Positions 1-7,459 of a DNA stretch of 64,000 nt are shown piece after piece (positions within the stretch are counted from its first letter, which is position 1; each line of letters begins with the position of its first letter). Source of the stretch: an uncultured virus (IMG/VR IMGVR_UViG_3300007871_000062) (taxonomy: Duplodnaviria; Heunggongvirae; Uroviricota; Caudoviricetes); the IMG/VR virus record IMGVR_UViG_3300007871_000062, one strand, 5' to 3'. The position numbers and the translations under genes are program-made. The notes under the pieces were generated by a model. It had not been told where the DNA came from. It saw nothing but the letters and a program-made list of their open reading frames with translations, and searched no databases.

Positions 1-119
1 CTTGTGTCTTGTGTCTTGTGTCTTGTGTCTTGTGTCTTGTGTCTTGTGTCTTGTGTCTTGTGTCTTGTGTCTTGTGTCTTGTGTCTTGTGTCTTGTGTCT
101 TGTGTCTTGTGTCTTGTGT
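1..119. repeat. Perfect tandem array (CTTGTGT)x17, probably truncated by the window edge
   Basis: 17 identical 7-mers read directly, starting at base 1. Confidence 0.98.
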
Positions 120-177
120 AAACTAAAGCATGGCAATAATACGCATAACTAAGCGACAGTATGCGCGTCCGGCGCAT

Positions 178-216
178 AAAAACACGCAATGTTGGGATGG
201 CCCAACATTGCGTGTT
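178..216 (-). terminator. Intrinsic terminator after the ParB-like gene
   Basis: 16-bp perfect stem AACACGCAATGTTGGG / CCCAACATTGCGTGTT, 4-nt loop, T-run on minus strand, 10 bp past the stop. Confidence 0.85.
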
Positions 217-226
217 ACCGTATTAG

Positions 227-1189
227 CTAGTTAGTAACCTCTTCTTTCTTCATAGCTGCAAATGCCTTGGCGTCATTGAGAAGTTGTCCGTAATCCTCGT
301 CGCCAAGATACCCTTCGATCCAACCGAGGACAATGCTGGCTGTCTCTGCTGCCACCATACGCTGGTCAAGGGTTGCGAAGTCGGGGCCCTTGCCTTGACC
401 GGTAACAGTCAGCAGAACGTTACGTAGCGTGTGCGACGACGCGGACTGCGCCCGTCGTTTTGCATCGGACACAGACAACGGTTTCGGTCCGTGCATGGAC
501 GTATCCGCAGTCTTCGGATTGACAAAACTGTCCCACAACTCTTTGAACTGCGGACCGGGACTATCCGGGTGGTCGGCAAACTCTTCATTCCACACCTTGA
601 ACAGTTGTGGAACATGTTCCCACCGTAAGGCGGTAGACTTTTTGTCCGAGTTACGTTTCCGCAACTCATCAGCCACAAAAGCAGGGAGGCGAGCCAAGTT
701 AACACGGGGTTGAACCCATGAACGATTCGGCTTTCCCGCGTTCTTTCCGCTCTTGATGAAGACGCCGAGTTTCTCCGCAATGTTCTCTTGCGTATCGAAG
801 CCAACCTTGACCAACTGTTGGACAGCAAGGTAAAGACTCCACTCATCCAAAGCAACCCTGTCTTCGTCCGAAGAGTGGTCGATACGCAACAGCACCTCTT
901 CTTCCTCAGTGAGATTCTTGTGGACAATACAAGATACCTTGTTATCGGGCAACACTCTTGTAAAAGCCGCCGGATCATTGTCACAGAGCCACTGCAAGGC
1001 TTCTGTTCGCCGGTTGCCACACAAGACAAGATAACGGGCATCGTGTGTGCTCACCACGAGCGGATGATTATCTTTGAATCCGTTCCGACGGAATGATTCG
1101 ACCATCTCCATGATCTTTTTACATTCCGTTGTTCGTACATTACCTTCCAGATAAAGAGAATCGAACACCACTTTCTTTGCCACACTCAT
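227..1189 (-). CDS. ParB/Srx N-terminal-domain protein with HTH-like region
   Basis: PLVV..YLVLCGNRR arginine patch; TQENIAEKLG...RSWVQPRVNL HTH-like; GGAG RBS. Confidence 0.8.
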   Translation of the reverse strand: MSVAKKVVFDSLYLEGNVRTTECKKIMEMVESFRRNGFKDNHPLVVSTHDARYLVLCGNRRTEALQWLCDNDPAAFTRVLPDNKVSCIVHKNLTEEEEVLLRIDHSSDEDRVALDEWSLYLAVQQLVKVGFDTQENIAEKLGVFIKSGKNAGKPNRSWVQPRVNLARLPAFVADELRKRNSDKKSTALRWEHVPQLFKVWNEEFADHPDSPGPQFKELWDSFVNPKTADTSMHGPKPLSVSDAKRRAQSASSHTLRNVLLTVTGQGKGPDFATLDQRMVAAETASIVLGWIEGYLGDEDYGQLLNDAKAFAAMKKEEVTN

Positions 1190-1272
1190 AACTTTCTCCA
1201 GTGATAGTAAAATCGTGACTAGACTAACACTAGCCTAATCCTTAAACAGATCGAACGCGAAGTAACCTCCTT

Positions 1273-1542
1273 TCAGTTAATGACGATACAAAGAACATTG
1301 CCAGTAGGCAATGCGCACTTGAAAGCCGCAGGATCGTTCTCTTGAAGCCACTGTAAAGCTTCAACCCGTTTGTTACCACACAAGACAAGGTAGCGATCTT
1401 TCCCGCGCTTACCAACCACAAGTGGACTGTAGTTGCGATAACCATGCTGTCGAATTGATTCAACCAACGCTATAAGCTGGCCGTGCATTATTACCTGCAC
1501 ACTACACCCCAAATGAAGAGCATCAAACGCAATACTTCTCAT
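1273..1542 (-). CDS. Stand-alone ParB N-terminal domain, paralogue of 227..1189
   Basis: RYLVLCGNKRVEALQWLQENDPAAF aligns with RYLVLCGNRRTEALQWLCDNDPAAF; start overlaps upstream stop. Confidence 0.75.
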   Translation of the reverse strand: MRSIAFDALHLGCSVQVIMHGQLIALVESIRQHGYRNYSPLVVGKRGKDRYLVLCGNKRVEALQWLQENDPAAFKCALPTGNVLCIVIN

Positions 1543-1811
1543 AATTTTCCCCTCTCAAAATACTTAATCAAGTCAAACGCAAAACGATCGAACCGAATCA
1601 TGGACAGTCGATACTCCAGACGATCAGAGTATCTACGCTTAAAAAGACATAAAGGCCAGAACACTTCATTGTCCCTCCTTAGGTTGCACCATGTGATACA
1701 GTGATTGTAAGAATTCAGGTGGTCGGTCACAAGGTGAAAAAGTAACATCGTCACCCGCAAAAAACTCTTGACCAATACACACACCTGAATCGTTGAACCA
1801 CTGCACAACAT
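1539..1811 (-). CDS. Hypothetical protein
   Basis: GGAGG RBS; stop overlaps next start. Confidence 0.5.
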   Translation of the reverse strand: MLCSGSTIQVCVLVKSFLRVTMLLFHLVTDHLNSYNHCITWCNLRRDNEVFWPLCLFKRRYSDRLEYRLSMIRFDRFAFDLIKYFERGKL

Positions 1812-1825
1812 ACCCCTCCGTAGCC

Positions 1826-2002
1826 TTATTCACCTTCCCTCTTTTTGAAACGAAAATCGGATTCTACAATGTACGCCGGACGAAGTGGGGATGATACGAT
1901 TGCCTCAAAAACTAACCGCATTGCATCCTCACTATTCTCGCCCCGAATAACTAGGGGCATCACGTTCCCACCCAACTCGACGTGTAATACTGAATGGTTC
2001 AT
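1826..2002 (-). CDS. 58-aa hypothetical protein (not in ORF track), paralogue of 2257..2445
   Basis: Manual translation MNHSVLHVELGGNVMPLVIRGENSEDAMRLVFEAI...; ATGA overlap with upstream stop. Confidence 0.7.
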   Translation of the reverse strand: MNHSVLHVELGGNVMPLVIRGENSEDAMRLVFEAIVSSPLRPAYIVESDFRFKKREGE

Positions 2003-2241
2003 GTTGGTTGTCTCGGATCAAGAGTAATCTGGGCAACAGCGCCCACTACAATGAAAACCGCAAAAAGTAGTAATACGCTCATTTGTCTTCCCTTTAGCAG
2101 TCCAAGACAGAGCAAAAACCATACCGCAGAGCCATACTTCGACAATAGGACAATGTTCCACGGAAAAGGTGCCAAACTCGAAACGAATCCGAATCCACAC
2201 AGTAGAAACCTACACGATAAGTATCTGTGAATCCGCCACAC
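1999..2241 (-). CDS. Small membrane protein
   Basis: Hydrophobic segments; coupled to the next ORF. Confidence 0.45.
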   Translation of the reverse strand: MWRIHRYLSCRFLLCGFGFVSSLAPFPWNIVLLSKYGSAVWFLLCLGLLKGRQMSVLLLFAVFIVVGAVAQITLDPRQPT

Positions 2242-2256
2242 GACGAACCTTCTCGT

Positions 2257-2445
2257 TTAATTAATACTGTGTTCATGATTTCCCTTTCGCGTCAACGAGA
2301 TACAACCGGAAGTCAGTTCAATCTCAGGTGCCGTGCAACCAAGCCTATCAGCGACCGCCTCTAAGACTAACTGCATTGCCTCTTTACTGTTTTCACCCCG
2401 AACAACTAGGGGCATCACGTTCCCATCCAACTCGATATAGTCCAT
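2257..2445 (-). CDS. Hypothetical protein (ELxGNVMPLVxRGENS family)
   Basis: Strong RBS GAGGAG; paralogue at 1826..2002. Confidence 0.7.
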   Translation of the reverse strand: MDYIELDGNVMPLVVRGENSKEAMQLVLEAVADRLGCTAPEIELTSGCISLTRKGNHEHSIN

Positions 2446-2463
2446 AGTTTTCTCCTCTATTCA

Positions 2464-2491
2464 AGACTACCTTACATCCAGAGAAAGTCAA
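2464..2491 (-). promoter_or_regulatory. Sigma70-like promoter
   Basis: TTGACT-N16-TAGTCT, followed by AGGAGAAAACTATG; homologous to 2788-2815. Confidence 0.55.
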
Positions 2492-2768
2492 GAACATTGG
2501 CGAAGAAAAAAGCAAAACAAAAGAAAACGGGAGACATAAGGGCAGTAAATACGAAAGCACCCGGTAGTCCTAAATCTTTCGTAAACGCAAGGAAAAGAAC
2601 TACGAACGCAAGAAAAAAGAGAAGAGCAACTATTGCGGTAAACGACCACATAGAAACACAGTATAAAGGATAGGTTAATATCAACATAAGATACGCACCC
2701 CGTTTCCCGTATGCAGAGCAAATAAAGTAACACAAGCAACCAAAGCAAAATATGAAAGTAGCGTTCAT
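2472..2768 (-). CDS. Multi-pass membrane protein
   Basis: Highly hydrophobic 98 aa; AGGAG RBS. Confidence 0.65.
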   Translation of the reverse strand: MNATFIFCFGCLCYFICSAYGKRGAYLMLILTYPLYCVSMWSFTAIVALLFFLAFVVLFLAFTKDLGLPGAFVFTALMSPVFFCFAFFFANVLDFLWM

Positions 2769-2787
2769 AGTTTTCTCCTACATTCTA

Positions 2788-2815
2788 AGTATAACATACT
2801 TTCAGAGAAAGTCAA
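2788..2815 (-). promoter_or_regulatory. Sigma70-like promoter with extended -10
   Basis: TTGACT-N16-TATACT with TG and an upstream T-tract. Confidence 0.7.
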
Positions 2816-2841
2816 AGAAAAAAAACATGATATTAGTATCA

Positions 2842-2903
2842 CCTTACAATCCTTACAATCCTTACAATAACCCCTCGCGCGTAACCTTACGCGCGTAACC
2901 TTC
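2842..2903. repeat. Short direct repeats (CCTTACAAT)x3 then (CGCGCGTAACCTT)x2
   Basis: Read directly in non-coding DNA. Confidence 0.85.
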
Positions 2904-3184
2904 ACAACCAATTTGTTCCAGTTAATTACATTTTAATAACATCGTAATACTACAAAAGACACACCCAAAATGATGATATCAAAATCAAAAAAAGAACCAA
3001 AAAGGTACAAGAACGATTTTGGTCCAACTTTATGCCGCCAAACCGTCCACAAGACGATTTAAGGCTATTTCGCCAAGAGAGAAGAAACATACGCCCTCAA
3101 AGAAGGACAGCCCAAAATGGTACGTCTTAGGCCGTCAAAGGGGTACTGAGTAGAACAAGACACAAGAAGGTGAAACAATACAGG

Positions 3185-3289
3185 AATACAATACTACATC
3201 TTTTCCAAGTCCCCTTATATATATACACTCTCTTTTCTTTTTATTTTAATAGTAGCAAATAGAAAAGAAGTAGTATTTTATAATTGTAA
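3185..3289. repeat. 105-bp element, copy 1 (copy 2 at 28534-28638)
   Basis: Manual alignment, 3 mismatches, same orientation. Confidence 0.95.
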
Positions 3290-3480
3290 GTATAGTAATA
3301 GTAAAGACTTAACGTCGCGGACCCCCAGAAAGAAATACTCCAATTATGACGGTTAGGCAAGCTACAGTCAAAAAGACACACCCCAAATTGACTATTTCAG
3401 TATTAAAAGACCCGTTCAAAACAACCCTACTTCCGAGGAAAATTAACTTTTTTCGGCACGTATTTGGTCCAGATTCGATC

Positions 3481-3530
3481 TAGTGGAATAAGCGCTTACT
3501 CCGTTAAGCGCTTATTCCACTAAGCGCTTA
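3481..3530. repeat. Three TAAGCGCTTA palindromes at 16-bp period; 18-bp hairpin
   Basis: Palindromes at 3489, 3505, 3521; arms 3481-3498 and 3505-3522. Confidence 0.9.
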
Positions 3531-4211
3531 TTACAAAAGGCACCTTTCACAATAATACTTACTAATCTCACAACAATCCAAATCTAACCCTAATTTCTTG
3601 CACACTCGTATACTTGTTCCACTACCGACAAATAGATCACAGAACGTTTTGCCATACATCGAATACATCCTTTCTACTAATCCTTCCGGATGCTGTGTCG
3701 GGTGCCAAGTTTTTCGTTCTTGGCTATTTACTACCCTTGAAAACTCCCAAACGTCCAAAGGTACTTTTCCATCTTTCGCTCGCTTATCACCTAATCTTTG
3801 CCTTTCACTTTCTACCTTAATCTCGTTTACCCGCCACTTCACCTCAAAAGATGATAATCTTAGAATGTTTCTAAAACCACTACCACAATCATTCTTATTG
3901 TGTTGACCAAAATTAAATTTCCAAATAAAACCTTTAGCGCTCCAAGAGGGATGATAGTCTCGCAATATCCTGTATACTATCCACTTCAAAGTAATATCAT
4001 GTTTCCAATAATAACTAAGCCACAACACTTTGCATTTTTTCATTGATTCTAAAATCATTAACTCTAACCACTCATAATAATCATCCCTCTTATCAACAAA
4101 ACCAATGTACTTCAATCCCAAATTATCTGGCGGGTCCATGAAAATTACATCCCAAGACTTCTCATCACGTTTCAAGAATTCCAAAGCGTCACAATTAAAA
4201 AGCCTAATCAT
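3531..4211 (-). CDS. N4/N6 DNA methyltransferase (beta-class motif order)
   Basis: DPP(D) motif IV near N-terminus, HPTQHP, DLFVGSGT motif I near C-terminus. Confidence 0.85.
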   Translation of the reverse strand: MIRLFNCDALEFLKRDEKSWDVIFMDPPDNLGLKYIGFVDKRDDYYEWLELMILESMKKCKVLWLSYYWKHDITLKWIVYRILRDYHPSWSAKGFIWKFNFGQHNKNDCGSGFRNILRLSSFEVKWRVNEIKVESERQRLGDKRAKDGKVPLDVWEFSRVVNSQERKTWHPTQHPEGLVERMYSMYGKTFCDLFVGSGTSIRVCKKLGLDLDCCEISKYYCERCLL

Positions 4212-5278
4212 TAATATCTTTCCATTTCATCAAGATGCTTCTCCCAATCCTTTGTTTCCTTAAGACGCTTTTTCAAAGATGCAATACCTGTTTCTTGGCA
4301 GCTTTTCCTTAAAGCATCTTCCTTATCATTAAGACGTTCACCCCAAACCTCAAGACGCTTTTCCTTTTCCAAAAGAGTCTTCTTATCAAACGCAAAACTC
4401 TTTTCCAAAGACGCAAAACTCTTTTTATCAGACTTAAGAGTCTTTTCCTTATTATTAAGAACCCTTTCCTTTACCCCAAGAGTCTTTTCCTTTACCCCAA
4501 GAGTCGCTTCCTTATTCCTAAGACTATCTAGTATCATTTCAAGACTTTTTCTCTCAAGACTCTCTCTTTTATTAAGACTCTTTTCCTTATCCTTAAGAGT
4601 CTCCTCCTCTTTCCCAAGAGTCACCTTAAGACTCTCTCTCCAAACCTCAAGACTCTTCGTCCAAGACTTAAGACTCTCTTCCTTATTATCAAGACTCTTA
4701 TTATCAAGAGTCACTTCCTTTTCAAAACGCTTTTCTTCAAGAATTAGGTGATTCTTAAAATTGAAAAAGAACCATCGCTTGAAATCTCTTTTATCCGCAC
4801 CACTATCTATCCCTTTCAAATAATCCTCTACCTCTTGAAAAGTCGAGAAAATCATTTGATGCGGAATCGTTCCTAACAACCAACCCGGAGTATTTTCCTT
4901 ACCTTGTTTTATTCTAACGATAATTGGCTTCTTTTGCCGATTTGCCGTAGTAATCTCTTCGTATGTTCCACAAGTGTGAATATCAATATCAATATTAAAA
5001 ATCAAGAAATCACTAATATCAACCATCCTAAGATCGACACATCTAATTATTCTCATTTCTTTAGCAACAATATCGTATTCACCGTCCCTCTTCAATTGTT
5101 TCCATCTTTCATGATTTGCAACATCTTCAATACCAATATCAATCGGCTTATTACAAGGATCAAGCCAAATGATTCCACGATCCATCTTCTGTATCTTTTG
5201 ACGCCAGTCTACCCCACACCCTGGAGCAAATTCCATCGCACCACCAAGATAACAACGCATGTTTCTTAATTTATTCAT
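4211..5278 (-). CDS. Nucleoside 2-deoxyribosyltransferase-like protein with heptad-repeat coiled-coil tail
   Basis: YLGGAM..DWR, DLRMVDISD, CGTYEE..A..KKP; 7-aa (21-bp) repeats in C-terminal half. Confidence 0.8.
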   Translation of the reverse strand: MNKLRNMRCYLGGAMEFAPGCGVDWRQKIQKMDRGIIWLDPCNKPIDIGIEDVANHERWKQLKRDGEYDIVAKEMRIIRCVDLRMVDISDFLIFNIDIDIHTCGTYEEITTANRQKKPIIVRIKQGKENTPGWLLGTIPHQMIFSTFQEVEDYLKGIDSGADKRDFKRWFFFNFKNHLILEEKRFEKEVTLDNKSLDNKEESLKSWTKSLEVWRESLKVTLGKEEETLKDKEKSLNKRESLERKSLEMILDSLRNKEATLGVKEKTLGVKERVLNNKEKTLKSDKKSFASLEKSFAFDKKTLLEKEKRLEVWGERLNDKEDALRKSCQETGIASLKKRLKETKDWEKHLDEMERY

Positions 5279-5519
5279 CTCGTATCTCCAGGGTTAATGT
5301 CCCTGAATTAATTATTCTAACTTCAATATCATTACTCAATGAATACGTGCCTAAACCAGAATTCGCTATTACAATAAAATAATAACATGAATCCCTCCTA
5401 ATCTTATAACCTAATGTACCAATAGGCATATTTCCGTATGTCTCTAAAAGTTCAATCAACGTATACAAAGGCGCATTTTCAAAAGAAATAGAATCGGTTC
5501 TCATTGTTATTAATTTCAT
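5271..5519 (-). CDS. Hypothetical protein
   Basis: ORF coupled to neighbours. Confidence 0.55.
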   Translation of the reverse strand: MKLITMRTDSISFENAPLYTLIELLETYGNMPIGTLGYKIRRDSCYYFIVIANSGLGTYSLSNDIEVRIINSGTLTLEIRDE

Positions 5520-5633
5520 CCTAACCTCGCAGAGAGTTTTCGTGTGGCAGTAAAACTGAGTTCATTACTTTCAATCAATTCAACTTCCGTATTAGGATTA
5601 ATAGTATTAGTACTAATGCACAAATCATTGAAA

Positions 5634-5867
5634 TTAACAAAAACTATTTCTTCTTATCCTTTTGAAAGAAACTTCTACAGTGAAATAAAATTCACCATCC
5701 ACTATCAATTCAATTTCCATATCATCAAAATTCCCATCAAAATCATGTATCTCTAAATCACAAATATTGACAAAAATATCTCTTCCGTCCCAAGATGTCT
5801 TAAAACCGACCATCCCATTACGTTTTATACGTACAAGTTGCTCAGTTGCTACTTCCGAAAGCTTCAT
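5634..5867 (-). CDS. Hypothetical protein (start revised to MKLSEV)
   Basis: AAGGAG RBS upstream of ATG at 5867. Confidence 0.6.
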   Translation of the reverse strand: MKLSEVATEQLVRIKRNGMVGFKTSWDGRDIFVNICDLEIHDFDGNFDDMEIELIVDGEFYFTVEVSFKRIRRNSFC

Positions 5868-5918
5868 GTTGTTCTCCTTTAAAGGTGTAAGATGTGGGCA
5901 ACTAAAAAATAGGACACA

Positions 5919-5948
5919 ACTATAATACATAGTATCTCTAGTATACAA
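5919..5948 (-). promoter_or_regulatory. Possible promoter
   Basis: TTGTAT-N18-TATAGT, then AGTTGTGTCCTATT, similar to the sequence after the 14213 promoter. Confidence 0.35.
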
Positions 5949-5961
5949 CCAAGATAGGTTT

Positions 5962-6568
5962 TCATTGCGTCATCCTCTTGCGTGTTTGCCAGTAATAAGT
6001 CTCACAGTTTTTGCAATCTTTACAAAGATTACCGCAATTCGACACTAAACGATTACCATAGAGTCCGAGTCTTAAATGCTTCTGTCGGGCACCAGTAACT
6101 GTGAATGAACCTCTTTTTCCACTCATAGAGATGTCTATTGCTTGGTTCACAATCATAATATGCCATGAACGTCAAAACAAGGTACGAAGTATAATAATCA
6201 ATAGCTTGCCTAATATACTCCAAATTTGTACTACTTACCCTCAAACATTAAATTCTTAGGCGTTATCATCAAGAGTACTGCTTTTCTTTCTTCTTGAGGA
6301 TTAGCAGTAAACACCACAGGAGCGGGAAAATCGAATTGGGGAATTGTAGAATCTGTGTTCACATTGTGCAGTAGAATCAAGCACCAATTTTCTCATGATA
6401 TTAGAATCATGTCCTGCGTTGACTCTAACAATCTTTTTATCAGCGTATGGAATCATCACAATATTTTTTATTGCGATTATAATAACACTGATTACAGTCA
6501 TTCGGACACTTGCCAAGTTGCGGCTTACATTCAACAATTCCGCTTCCCACCATTTTCGAATTAATCAT
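5962..6568 (-). pseudogene. Frameshifted CX3CX2C (radical-SAM-like) gene in five pieces
   Basis: MINSKMVGSGIVECKPQLGKCPNDCNQCYYN / IVRVNAGHDSN..FYN / IPQFDFPAPVVFTANP..LMF / RVSSTNL..LVLTFMAYY..YWCP / GNRLVSNCGNLCKDCKNC in successive frames. Confidence 0.65.
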
Positions 6569-6689
6569 TTAACAATTCCAGTCCAAGACATAAAATACCG
6601 GACACAACCGTAAGACACAAAATACAATCGTAAGATGCAAATGCAAACCACAGAATAAAAAATATTATGGTAATCCCGTTTCCTATCAT
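6561..6689 (-). CDS. 42-aa hydrophobic peptide (not in ORF track)
   Basis: Manual translation MIGNGITIIFFILWFAF...; ATGA overlap. Confidence 0.45.
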   Translation of the reverse strand: MIGNGITIIFFILWFAFASYDCILCLTVVSGILCLGLELLND

Positions 6690-6865
6690 TCGTATTCACC
6701 CATAATTAAAAGTTCTTCGGCACCAAATACTTCAAAAGCACCACAGACATCACATTCATATTCATGAGCATCCGGCTCAACGCCATACGCTTCAGCGCCA
6801 CAATGTCGACAAAAACCCAAATTATTACCAACAGCCGTCATTATTGCGCTTAATGCTATTTTCAT
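6686..6865 (-). CDS. 59-aa zinc-ribbon protein (not in ORF track)
   Basis: GFCRHCG..GVEPDAHEYECDVCG..VFGAEELL; ATGA overlaps at both ends. Confidence 0.75.
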   Translation of the reverse strand: MKIALSAIMTAVGNNLGFCRHCGAEAYGVEPDAHEYECDVCGAFEVFGAEELLIMGEYE

Positions 6866-7284
6866 GATATTTCCTTTACAAAAAGGTAACCGTCAGTAGA
6901 ATCAGGAAACAATTCACCTGAAACTGAAACTGCTCGCCATCCGCGCCTGATTATAAAATTACGATATTCATTATCTTGATGTAACATCATCACAATTTTC
7001 TTCTTATTGTACTTCTTAGCCATTCTAATTAAATCATTATACAATTTACTACCTACACCTTGTTCTCTGTAATCAGGATGTACGCACAATTTACTAATCC
7101 TAATACTATTCTCTTCAGGCCGAAAACTGCAAAAACCAATAACTCTATCTTCTTTTATGAATACTCTGATAATGTAACCCTGAATTTTTCCCCAACCTTC
7201 ATCGAGCCAAGGCCAAAGATACGATTTTATATCAATATCTTTACAGGCCAATAAATGACGCGTATTGAAATTAACTATAGACAT
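6862..7284 (-). CDS. GNAT acetyltransferase (start revised)
   Basis: ISKLCVHPDYREQGVGSKL acetyl-CoA-binding motif. Confidence 0.85.
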   Translation of the reverse strand: MSIVNFNTRHLLACKDIDIKSYLWPWLDEGWGKIQGYIIRVFIKEDRVIGFCSFRPEENSIRISKLCVHPDYREQGVGSKLYNDLIRMAKKYNKKKIVMMLHQDNEYRNFIIRRGWRAVSVSGELFPDSTDGYLFVKEIS

Positions 7285-7459
7285 GGCTCTATCCTGTAGT
7301 AACTTAGTCCAAGTGTCACAGTGTTTTTCAATTGTCCCTCCCAAAGAATTCTTGAACAGTCAGCACAAAACTTGACTGTGTGTGTAAATCGTAACCAAAT
7401 AAACCGTAAGTAATCTCTTGTGTGGCCTCATTTGTGCAATTTTCACAGGTCACAGACAT
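7275..7459 (-). pseudogene. Small CxxC...CxxC protein split by a 2-bp shift in a (CA)n run
   Basis: MSVTCENC...DLHT joins VKFCADC...EPCL if one CA is removed at 7377-7385. Confidence 0.5.

Noticed and set aside
409..1041. 210-aa alternative-frame ORF inside the ParB-like gene
   Set aside because: Fully nested, no recognisable motif or RBS
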